From the human T2T-CHM13v2.0 reference genome, Homo sapiens: DNA of 64,000 bases. The stretch's first letter is position 1; every line of letters begins with the position of its first letter. This document shows, piece after piece, positions 45,284 through 64,000 of the stretch. The position numbers and the translations under genes were made by a program. The notes below the pieces were generated by a model. It was given only the letters and a program-made list of their open reading frames with translations, did not search any database and was not told where the DNA came from. Location of the stretch: NCBI RefSeq assembly GCF_009914755.1, contig NC_060947.1; one strand, 5' to 3'.

Positions 45284-45709
45284 TAAATTAATAATTGGTA
45301 TTTTTGAAGTGCTTACGCATGTAGTGTTTTTACTAGAACTAAATAATAGGTCTTAGCCAGTGACATTATATCTTTGTTTCTCTGGCGGTATAGGCAGTAT
45401 GTGACTTACAGAGAACAATGATTTGACTTAAATATTTTTTCAACTTGACAATGGTGCAAAAGACATACATATTCAATAGAAATCATACTTCGAGTACCCA
45501 TGCAGCCATTCTGGTTTTCCCTTTCAGTACAAGATTCAGTAAATTACATGAGATGCCCAACACACTATTATAAAATAAGAAGGAGGCTGAGGCAGGAGGA
45601 TCACTTGAGCCCAGGAGTTTGAGGCTGCAGTGAGCTGTGACCATGCCACTGTACTTAGCCTGAGTGACAGAGTGAGACCCTGTCTCTAAGATTAAAAAAT
45701 AAAAAGGTA

Positions 45710-46190
45710 CCATAAAGACACATGCATGCGTATGTTCATCACTTCACAATAGCAAAGACATGGAATCAACCTAGATGCCCATCAACGGTGGGCTAAAGAA
45801 AATGTACATATATGCCATGGAATACCATGTAGCCATCAAAAATGAAATCATGTCCTTTGCAGCAACATGGATGCAGCTGGAGTTTATTATCTTAAGTGAA
45901 TTAATGCAGGAACAGAAAACCAAATATTGCATGTTCTCACAAGTGGGAGCTAAGCATTGGGTACACATGGACACAAAGGGGAACAATAGACAGTGGGGCT
46001 TACTTGAGGGTGGAGGGTGGGAGGAGTGTGAGGGTACAAAAACTACTTACCAGGTACTATGTTCACTACCTGAGTGACAAAATCATTTGTATACCAAATT
46101 GCTGTGACACAATTTACCCATTTAACAAACCTGCATGTGTACCCCAAACCTAAAATAAATGTTGGAATTAAAATAAAACTCATATTAAAG
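45710..46190 (+). mobile_element. L1PA/L1PB-like 3' end in intron 5
   Basis: ORF2 C-terminal remnant EIMSFAATWMQLEFIILSELMQEQKTKYCMFS followed by L1 3'UTR motifs. Confidence 0.85.
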
Positions 46191-46269
46191 TTTTAAAAAA
46201 GGGCTTTGTATTAGGTAATTTTACCTAAACGTAGGCTAATGTGTTCTGAGCATGTTTAAAATGAGACTA

Positions 46270-51036
<4,767 letters not shown>

Positions 51037-51762
51037 TGATTGAAGTTTGCATTTACCATGCTGTAGGAGTATCTTTCTTGATCAGTGTTTCTCTTCCTTG
51101 GTTATACATGAGGAGCTTATAAAAGATCTGAATATCCTGACCCTATCTTCAGAGGGTCTGATTTAACTGGCCTGTGATAGAGCCTCGGTACCTTTTCTAG
51201 GAGGTAAATTCTTAATATATTGCCAAGGTTGAGAATCACTGCTCTAGACAACATGACAGCTATTTGGATGACACCGTGTAATGGTTAGTATTTCCTTGAA
51301 GTATTGTATCTTACTGTGTATACAGCTCTAATTGCATGTCTTAATAAGGTCTTGCTGAGCATGTAGTTTGTATGCATACAACTGAGGTATATATTTACCT
51401 TTTCAGTAAGAGTTTGCTGCCTCTTTTGCCACTATTTTTCAGAAGAGTTAGACTGGTTAATTGTGAATAAAATAGGGCCAATCATTAGAAGTGTTCAGTT
51501 TAATGAAATTGGAGCAGGCCCAATATTTAATTTTTCTCTTCAGGACCCATTTTGCTCATGAGAACATGAGGCATGAGAAGTTATTTTGATAATGTTGAGG
51601 TTTGTAAAAATAATGAGAAGACACTAAATAAATAATTGGTTTATTAAAATGAAATGTAATTGAAAGTCTGCAAGGACCTTGGAGTAAAAAAATTGTAATT
51701 GGGAAGTTGATCTGGTGAAATCCTAACTTGCTCTGAGTAACTAACTGTCTTGAAATTTTTAG

Positions 51763-51842
51763 GCTGTCACCCTTGACCCAAACTTTCTGGATGCTTATAT
51801 CAATTTAGGAAATGTCTTGAAAGAGGCACGCATTTTTGACAG
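51763..51842 (+). CDS. OGT: OGT exon 6
   Basis: AVTLDPNFLDAYINLGNVLKEARIFD; TAG| and |GTGAGA. Confidence 0.97.
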
Positions 51843-52379
51843 GTGAGAGAATGTTCTGTTTAATAAATTTTCTTGAATCTTTGTTGTATTGACACTTGAC
51901 AGTTTGGACCGAAATGATGACAATAGTCCATTGAAGCATATTTGCCTTTTCTAGCACGTTGTTCTCTGCCCATGTCCTGTGTTGCCTTTTATTTATAGAT
52001 GTTGTTCGTTGCCTGACTTTTTGTTGTTGGCTTTCCTCAAAGCCGTTATCCTTCTCATTGGGAGTTTAGTTGAAATTTTTTTATTGTTAAAATGGTTGAA
52101 ATGATTCTTTCTTAGACTAAATTATTCCTTTGACCTGATTTTAGAAAGCAAAGTAAATCCAGACTTTTAAATTTTTTGTTGTTGTCAAAGGAAAGCCTAT
52201 TTTTTATGTGGGAGTAGAAAACTTCCCAGTGTAAAGACACATTTTATAAAGGTGTGATTTTGGTTTGAGGTTAAAATATAATACAGCATGAATTATGTAA
52301 TTAATTACAATTACTTGATATATTTTGATATAGTACAGCTTGAATGAGTTGTAACAAACCATCCATTAAGCATGAGTTA

Positions 52380-52384
<5 letters not shown>

Positions 52385-52428
<44 letters not shown>
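52385..52428 (+). repeat. (TG)22 microsatellite at the exon 7 acceptor
   Basis: Directly visible; followed by TTTATTTACAG|. Confidence 0.97.
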
Positions 52429-52431
<3 letters not shown>

Positions 52432-52439
52432 ATTTACAG

Positions 52440-52635
52440 AGCTGTGGCAGCTTATCTTCGTGCCCTAAGTTTGAGTCCAAATCACGCAGTGGTGCACGGC
52501 AACCTGGCTTGTGTATACTATGAGCAAGGCCTGATAGATCTGGCAATAGACACCTACAGGCGGGCTATCGAACTACAACCACATTTCCCTGATGCTTACT
52601 GCAACCTAGCCAATGCTCTCAAAGAGAAGGGCAGT
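52440..52635 (+). CDS. OGT: OGT exon 7
   Basis: [30 protein letters not shown]...ALKEKGS; donor |GTAAGG. Confidence 0.97.
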
Positions 52636-53203
52636 GTAAGGATTTTTACTCATTCTATTTGTTATCTGGTAGGATTAAGAGTCTTTTCTGGCCAGGTGTG
52701 GTGGCTCACACTTGTAATGCCAGCACTTCGGGAGGCCGAGATCAGAGGATTGCTTGAGCTTAGGGTTTCGAGACCAGCCTAGGCAACATGACGAAACCCT
52801 GTCTCTACAAGAAATACAAAAATTAGCCGGGCATGGTGGCACACACCTGTAGTCCCAGCTCCTTGGGAGGCCGAGGTGGGAGGATCGATTGAGTCCTGGG
52901 AGGTTGAGGCTGCAGTGGGCCATGATTGTGCCACAGCACTCCAGCCTGGGCAACAGAGCACGAGACTCTGTCTCAAAAAAATCACAAAAACCAAAAAACA
53001 GCAAAAAAGGAAAGTCTTTTGTACAAGTATTGAGATGGTATATTGGTTTACTTTAGAGTTTTGGTTGAGGGTAAGAATACCAAAAAATATCAATTTTCTG
53101 TAGCATTACCAGCCATTAGGCTTAATTAAACAATTATTAGAACAGTATCAGTGGAGGCTTTATGATTCTGTACAGTTTTTGAAGACTTTGTTTTGTTTTC
53201 TAG

Positions 53204-53344
53204 GTTGCTGAAGCAGAAGATTGTTATAATACAGCTCTCCGTCTGTGTCCCACCCATGCAGACTCTCTGAATAACCTAGCCAATATCAAACGAGAACAGG
53301 GAAACATTGAAGAGGCAGTTCGCTTGTATCGTAAAGCATTAGAA
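53204..53344 (+). CDS. OGT: OGT exon 8
   Basis: [47 protein letters not shown]; |GTATGT. Confidence 0.97.
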
Positions 53345-53929
53345 GTATGTGAGGGTGGTGTAGCTGGGCATTTAGCATGATAGTAGAGGGAAAGCAGTTA
53401 AGTTTACCATCATCCACCTCTTTTGTAAAAATAGTGGTTGAATCATTTACAAGAGGATTATTCATTGAAGTAACAATTGAGTACCTAAGGTATGATGTGA
53501 GGCCCTATGTGACATTCCAGAAAATCCCTGCATTCAGAGTTCATTATTCTGTGGATAAGATCTGTACAAAAAAATTAAACATTAACCCACAGTTCAAGAG
53601 AAGTTACTTATAAGTATATAATCTTAGTGCCTGATGGCTGTATGGTAGTGGTTAGTAGATGTGGTAGGAGTTTAGCAGAGAGAGATTTCAGTGGTGTTGG
53701 AGTGGTCAGGATAAACTAAGAGGAGAAGAGGTGTACCTCATTATGTTTGAAACAAGAAGAGGTATAAAATAGAGGAAGAGGTAGAATTTGAGAATGAATA
53801 GACTTGGAAAAAGTAGAGACAAATTTAGGGGTTTAAATGTACTTGAGCAAAGTTCTTAAGGTTGTGGTGAATTATTACTGCTGCTTTAGCAATTTTTTTA
53901 ACCTCAGTTCTGATCTTGACTCTTTATAG

Positions 53930-54031
<102 letters not shown>

Positions 54032-54157
54032 TAAGAGACACTAACAGCCTTATTTTTAAAATTATTTTTAATTTTAAAATGTTTGACATTCGGCACATTG
54101 CAGATGCTAAAATGGCTTTAAATAACAACGGAATAAGTTAGCATTACAGTGGGTTAA

Positions 54158-54385
<228 letters not shown>

Positions 54386-54402
54386 TAACACCTAAAATTT
54401 AA

Positions 54403-54690
<288 letters not shown>

Positions 54691-54742
54691 TAAATCCTGG
54701 GATAGGACTTTCTGGATAATAACTTGTTTTTGCTTTCTCTAG

Positions 54743-54925
<183 letters not shown>

Positions 54926-55846
54926 TGATTCTTTTGTTTTAATCTTTTTGTTGTAAACTAAAACACAAATACAGAAAACTGTAAAAATCAAATCTGTGGC
55001 TTAATGAACGATTATAAAGTGAACACCACCCAAGTCGAGAAATAAAACTTTTGTGGGCCACTTCAGAACCCCTTCCATTGTGTCCTGAGTATAACCCCCT
55101 GCACTTCATAAGACGGAATCCTTAACTCCTTCACTTAAACACTAATGATAGACTGATGGTACTTTTCTTTAAGTTGAAAGCCATAATTTTTTTTTCTTTT
55201 ATCTTTTTTTTCTTTTTTTTTTGAGACGGGGTCTTGCTCTGTCGCCCAGGCTGGAGTGCAGCGGTGTGATCATGGCTTACTGCAGCCTTGACCTCCCCGA
55301 GCTTAGGTGATCCTCCCACCTCAGCCTCCTGAGTAGCTGGGACTACAGGCGCATGCCACCACACCTAATTTTGTGTTTTTTGTAGAGATGGGGTTTTGCT
55401 ATGTTGCCCAAGCTGGTCTTGAACCTCTGGGCTCAAGTGATCTGCCCACCTCGCCCGGCCAAAGTGCTGGGATTACGGGTGTGAGCCACCGCGCCTGGCC
55501 AGCCATCATGTTTAATGGAGTGCTTGGTATTTTGTATTCACCTTTGAGAATTAGAGCAGTACTTGATCAAGGATTGGATCAAAGGTTGGATAATAGATTG
55601 GAGTGCTAGGTGTACTTTTTTTTTTTTTTTGAGACATAGTGTCTCTGTCATCCAGACTGCAGTGCAGTGGTGCCATCTCAGCTCATTGCAACCTCTGTCT
55701 CCCAGGTTAAAGTGATGCTCGTGCCTTAGCTTCCCGAGGAGCTAGGATTACAGGCGTGTGCCACCACGCCTGGCTAATTTTTGTATTTTTAGTAGAGATA
55801 GGGCTTTGCCATGCTAGGCTGGTCTCGAAATCCTGACCTCAGGTGA

Positions 55847-55936
<90 letters not shown>

Positions 55937-56003
55937 TAGAATTTTCTAAAATGCGGGAGGAAACCATGCTCTGTCCATACTGCTTCATACCTACAAGTGT
56001 TAG

Positions 56004-56318
<315 letters not shown>

Positions 56319-56516
56319 TAGATCTCAGGAGCAGGTCAAAGTATGAAGCATATTACATAAAGTGCTGAGGTTGCATCTCTCTGGCAATATTAACTAAATG
56401 CTCTGGGCAGACCTTTTTCAACAGGTGTGAGGTATAGGTTTGGTGTGTTTTTCGTCAGTTTTCCTAGATGAAAATTTATGTAGATTTTACTAACAAGCAT
56501 TGGATTCTGTTGATAG

Positions 56517-56693
<177 letters not shown>

Positions 56694-56765
56694 TAGAATC
56701 ACTATTTGTTTAAAAAAGAAAAAACCCACAATGTTGGCTTGTCACCATGAGGCATGGAAACCTAG

Positions 56766-56948
<183 letters not shown>

Positions 56949-57320
56949 TAACTTTTTATTTTGAGCAAGTTTAAATAAAACTATTAGCATATAGTTTATT
57001 TTTGATGATAAGTATTAAATGCTGTAGTACCACATATAGGCAATTGTGTTGATCTTATTTCCTTGATCATTTGTGTTAATCAGCATGGCTTTTTCCGAGG
57101 TTGCAAATGAAACTGAAATGTGTTATGCTTGTGCTTGGACATACAACTTTTCTGGAGATTGAGCCAGCACTTGTGACAGAAGATACTTAATAAATATTGA
57201 CAAAATGGTGACTTGGGAGAAGAATAAATAGGTCTTTTAAAGAAAATAGGGCCGGGTGTGGTGACTCATGCCTGTAATCCCAGCACTTTGGGAGGTCGAG
57301 GCGGGCAGATCATGAGGTCA

Positions 57321-57672
<352 letters not shown>

Positions 57673-58162
57673 CTATGGGGGAATTAATTTGCTGAGTATG
57701 TAGGCTACAGTGTTTTCTTTGTAGACTCTATTAGCCACTTTGACTAATAGAGATAATATACTCTTTATATGTGTGTGTACACACATGTATGTATGTACAT
57801 ACACATGCAGGTATGATATGTATGCATATATGTATAAATATACATGTGTATGTGTATATATATATGAATCACTGAAGTCCTAGCAGAAAGGTTTTGAGAC
57901 TTCTCATTTAATAAATAGTATGTACTAACAAATTTTGCAGTATAGCTGTTGCTTCAAAAGTATACCTGGCCATTTTTGATACACAGTTGGACTCTTTGTG
58001 ACCAAGAAGCATACCTCTTTCTACCTCTGAGACCTTTAGGGACTCACTGCTGATTGATTGCAGTCTAAACTCTTCAGCATAGCTTTTGTAACCTTTCTCT
58101 GTTTGCCACAACTTTGTCAATACTTTAACTCACCATTCAACATCTTGTATACCCTATACTAA

Positions 58163-58556
<394 letters not shown>

Positions 58557-58928
58557 TAAACTCCTTCAAACTCCTATTCGTCTTTGAAGACCTATTTTCA
58601 AATACCAATTCTAGGCTGGGTGCTGTGGCTCACGTGTATAATCCTTTGGGAGGCTGAGGTGGAAGGATTGCTTGAGACCATCATGGGCAACATAGTGAGA
58701 CCCCATCCCTACCAAAAAAAAAAAAAAGATTACAAATTTCAAATACCAATTTCTCTGTGATATGTTGTTATTCATACATTCAATCCAGAAGTGAACTCTC
58801 CTTCCTTTGTGTTCTGTTTCTTTAATGCTTTGGGCCCATTTTAATGACAGTCAACCATATTTGTGCCCGAATTAATGTAGTTAATTTGTGTTCTTACCTC
58901 TTTTCCATCTGGGAATCTGAATTATGTT

Positions 58929-58978
58929 AAATGCCATTAAAACTAAATGCCATTAAAACTAAATGTCATTAAAACTAA
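58929..58978. repeat. 16-bp x3 tandem repeat (AAATGCCATTAAAACT) upstream of exon 15
   Basis: Directly visible. Confidence 0.9.
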
Positions 58979-59024
58979 TTGATCTGAGATTATACATAGT
59001 GAGTTCTTATTTTGTATTCTGTAG

Positions 59025-59240
<216 letters not shown>

Positions 59241-59561
59241 TGAAACTGTAGGGCAGACATACTTTTAATTTTTTTAAGTTGTTGAAATGCACAGGACAAA
59301 AAGAGTGTAGAGCACAGTGCTTATAGGTACATGTATATAGAGACATGCAATTCATGGTTGGCTATGAACAGTTACTCTGTCTTGCAAATTTGAAGAACAT
59401 TTTAGCATTTTGAAAGTTAGTCTGAAATACAGGCCGGGTATGGTGGCTCACGCCTGTAATCCCAGCACTTTGGGATGCTTAGGCAGGAGGATCTCTTGAA
59501 ACCAGGAGTTTGAGTCCTGCCTGGGCAACAAAGCAAAACACCCTATCTCTACAAAAAATTA

Positions 59562-59738
<177 letters not shown>

Positions 59739-60081
59739 CTAAAGAAGTCAGCCTTGCTGTGCGTGTGGCAAGTGCCTGTAATCCTGGCTACTCTGGAGGC
59801 TGAGGCAGAAGGATTGCTTGAGCCCAGGAGTTTGAGGCTGTAGTGATCTACGATTGCACCACTGTATTCCAGCCTAGGGAACAGAGTGAGATCCTGTCTC
59901 TAAAAAAGAGTTAGACCTCCTTGTTTATTTACTTATTTAATTTTGGCACCTTTAGGTTCTTTTTTTAAAAACCACTTTATTGAGGTACAGTTGACATACA
60001 AAAAGTTGTACATATTTAATGTATGTGACTTGATGAATTTAGAGGTAAGTGTACTGATAAAAGTTCTTAATCAGTTTTTGA

Positions 60082-60345
<264 letters not shown>

Positions 60346-60379
60346 TAAAAGACATGTCTGAAACTATTTTTTCCATTAG

Positions 60380-60505
<126 letters not shown>

Positions 60506-60524
60506 TAGTCAGTATTGTCATTGA

Positions 60525-60758
<234 letters not shown>

Positions 60759-61850
60759 TAATAATACACCATTATATGTCCCGCCAAGTATGCATTTATT
60801 TCCCTTAACCTCATGATAACTCTAGGAGGCAAGTATCATTATCACCATTTTTATGGATGAGGAAATGAGTTTAGTGGAAACGTGCATCTTATATAGGTGT
60901 GTCTGATTTTAAAAGTCTCCTGGATTCAGCCAGCAGATTATTACTTACTGAGAAACTGCTGTGTTAATATCTTGTTATTCCCTGCCTGTGGCTTTACTCT
61001 CTTACATGATGAACTATGTGTAGATTCCATACAGTTTCTTGCTTCTGTAAACCCATCCTTTCCCTAGCTAAATCCTACTCAAACGTTCAGTTCAGACAGC
61101 TCTTCCAGGAATCCATTTCCGTACTTACCGCTAACGTCTCCATCCCTACTTCATTGGTACCTGTCTTTTATACCTCTGTAATGTTTGGAATATATCATTA
61201 CATACAGCACAACAGATGATAATTCCCTGTGTTTGTATCCTCTACTGAATTGAATTACTGAGCCCATGTCTTAATCACAGTAATGTAGTATGTACTCAAT
61301 AAATAATATATTGCATGCTTAAATAAGTAGCTCTATCAAGAGAGTGTAAGGCAAAGATCTCTGACCTCTAGAGGTCATAGATGTCCTTGCACACCTGGAA
61401 TAGTTATATAACAATGTAAGGCAGTACTCAAATGTGTGAGAATTACAAGATGAAACTAATTATGTATGTAGAAGCTCAGAAACGGTGAGGATCAATGTGA
61501 AGAGAGACACTCTTGGGAGAAGAGACCATTTGGAGGAGTAATTTAGCCTTGAAGAGTAGATGTGATTTAGAAAAGGACATTTCATTCATGAAGAAAAGAG
61601 TGATCAAAAGCTGTTGGAACGTTAATAGGATTTTGAGACCTTTTTTGGTTAGAGCAAGAAGTTTCATAGTGCAGTCTCCCCCAACTTAAGATAATGCTGC
61701 AACGGTTTGCCTTTTCTTAAACTTCATATATCATGAATATTTTCTCATGGTTCAGTGACTTTTAATGGTTATACCATTTTGGATCTTATGGATTGAAATA
61801 TTGGACTCCTTTTGCCTTTAAATATAACCATCATTTTTTTCTTGTTCTAG

Positions 61851-62021
<171 letters not shown>

Positions 62022-62102
62022 TAGAGACTAATAAAGATTTTGTATCTAGAGCTTCTTGCTGAAGATGGTCCTTCCACTCCCATTTAGGAGCTGTTCTGCT
62101 CA

Positions 62103-62407
<305 letters not shown>

Positions 62408-62901
62408 TCAAAAAAATTTTTTTTAAAAATACTTTTTAAAAAATTTATTTTATTTATTTACATGTGACTCAACTGGGTTATGCCCTTTTTTTAAAAAACA
62501 GAATCTCACTCTGTTGTTCGGGCTGCAGTGTAGTGGTGTGATCTTGGCTCATGGCAACCTTTGCATCCCAGGTTCGAGTTATTCTTGTGCCTCAGCCTTC
62601 CAAGTAGCTGGGATTACAGGCATGTGCCACCATGTCTGGGTAATTTTTTTTTGTATTTTTAGTAGACGGGGTTTCACCATGTTGGCTAGGCTGGCCTCCA
62701 ACTCCTGGCCTCAAGAGATCTGCCCGCCTTGGCCTCCCAAAATGCTAGGATGACATGTGTGAGCCACCGCACCTGGCCTTGTGCTCATTTATAATCTTCA
62801 AGAGATGTAGATTTTTCAGGCATTTTTGGTTTCTCCTTCCAGTGTCTAAATATGACATTGTGAACCTTTTAAATTTACATATTCAAAGCATTCTTCTGTC
62901 T

Positions 62902-63121
62902 AAAGGGTCAGCAAACTTTTTCTTAAAGGGCCAGATGGTAAATATTTTCAGTTTTGTGGTCCATGCTGTTTCACGTCTACTCAGCTTTGCCGTTGTAGCA
63001 CGAAAATAACCATAGGCATTTTGTAAATGATGAGTGTGGCTGTGTTCCAATAAAATTTTATTTATACGAACTGGCAGTATGCCAGATTTGGCTCACAGGC
63101 TGTGTAGTTCGCCAACTCCTG
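62902..63121. mobile_element. MER58-like hAT-Charlie MITE
   Basis: Ends GGGTCAGCAAACT and AGTTCGCCAACTCCTG; GTCTAAA on both flanks. Confidence 0.75.
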
Positions 63122-63554
63122 GTCTAAACTGATAGCATATGCTGTCATGTACATCCACCCATTTTTAACATTCTTGTAGTATTGTAGAGTTATAACCAAG
63201 AAGGAGTCGATCTGTACATATGATTATCTCTCAGTTCATCAGACAAGTTTGCATAAGTGGGATATCGGATAGCTATAACTGGCTCTTAATCCATAGAACT
63301 AAAATAAAATGGCATGTTTTACCTTTAGGTAATCTGGAGATAATTCCTTGGTTAATTTTTTCCCCGATATCTGTTTTGTTTTATGTTTAGAGGAGAGGGG
63401 AGGATAGAAGAGAAGAGGAAGCAGATGAGTACAGGTCTACTGTCCTTAATCCTTACTTCCTGATGTTCACAAAAACTCTGAAAATCAAAAGCTTTTTCAT
63501 AAGTGTGTGGCAAATTTGTTTGGCAGCAAAACTACCTGAACTAACATTAGGGTA

Positions 63555-63931
63555 TATATTAGTCCGTTTTCATGCTGCTATAAAGGACTGCCCGAGACTG
63601 GGTAATTTATAAAGGAAAGAGGTTTAATTGACTCACAGTTCCGCGTGGCTATGGAGGCCTCAGGAAACTTAGAGTTACGGCGGAAAAGGGAGCAAACATG
63701 TCCTTCTTCGCGTGATGGCAGGAAGAAGGGCTGAGCCAAAGCGGGGAAAGCCCCTTATAAAGCCATCCGATCTTGTGAGAACTCACTCTCTATCACAAGA
63801 ACAGCAGCATTGGAAATAACTGTCCATGATTCAATTACCTACCACTGGGTCCCTCCCATGACACATGGGGCTTATGGGAACTGCAGTTCAAGAAGAGAGA
63901 TTTGGGTGGGGGACACAGTCAAACTATGTCA
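63555..63931 (-). mobile_element. Solo THE1 (MaLR) LTR
   Basis: GAGACTGGGTAATTTATAAAGGAAAGAGGTTTAATTGACTCACAGTTCC is typical of THE1; 5-bp TSD GGGTA (63550-63554 and 63932-63936). Confidence 0.9.
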
Positions 63932-64000
63932 GGGTATTTGTAGTCTTTTATTTATTTCATTTAGTATGACTGTTCCTGCATCTCAATGCAGAGGTACTAA

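Overview
Primate, almost certainly human, genomic DNA from Xq13.1. Bases 1-29,500 are a repeat-dense intergenic region with dozens of Alus, L1/L2/MLT relics and four solo LTR12 (ERV9) elements. It also holds an 833-bp Alu-mediated tandem duplication and a decayed processed SOCS6 pseudogene on the minus strand. Antisense to that pseudogene, a plus-strand spliced 51-aa ORF can be assembled that matches my recollection of the TAF1/DYT3 d3-d4 transcript. From about 30,355 onward lies the OGT gene (O-GlcNAc transferase, + strand): a CpG-rich promoter and coding exons 1-19 (863 of 1046 codons, all GT-AG and phase-consistent); the last exons are beyond the window. The most striking unexplained structure is in the Alu-free, regulated intron 4. 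By-eye pairing shows a colinear long-range RNA duplex of about 260 nt per arm (44,015-44,277 with 44,779-45,035). It abuts a cryptic acceptor on one side and the mOGT start codon and probable distal branch region on the other. Other leads are a possibly bistable 5'UTR with an in-frame uORF, a poison/decoy exon, a CFTR-like (TG)22 acceptor at exon 7, and an in-frame Alu-flanked exon 8-12 circle. Nothing was computed or searched; structures are hand-derived and repeat subfamily calls are from memory.
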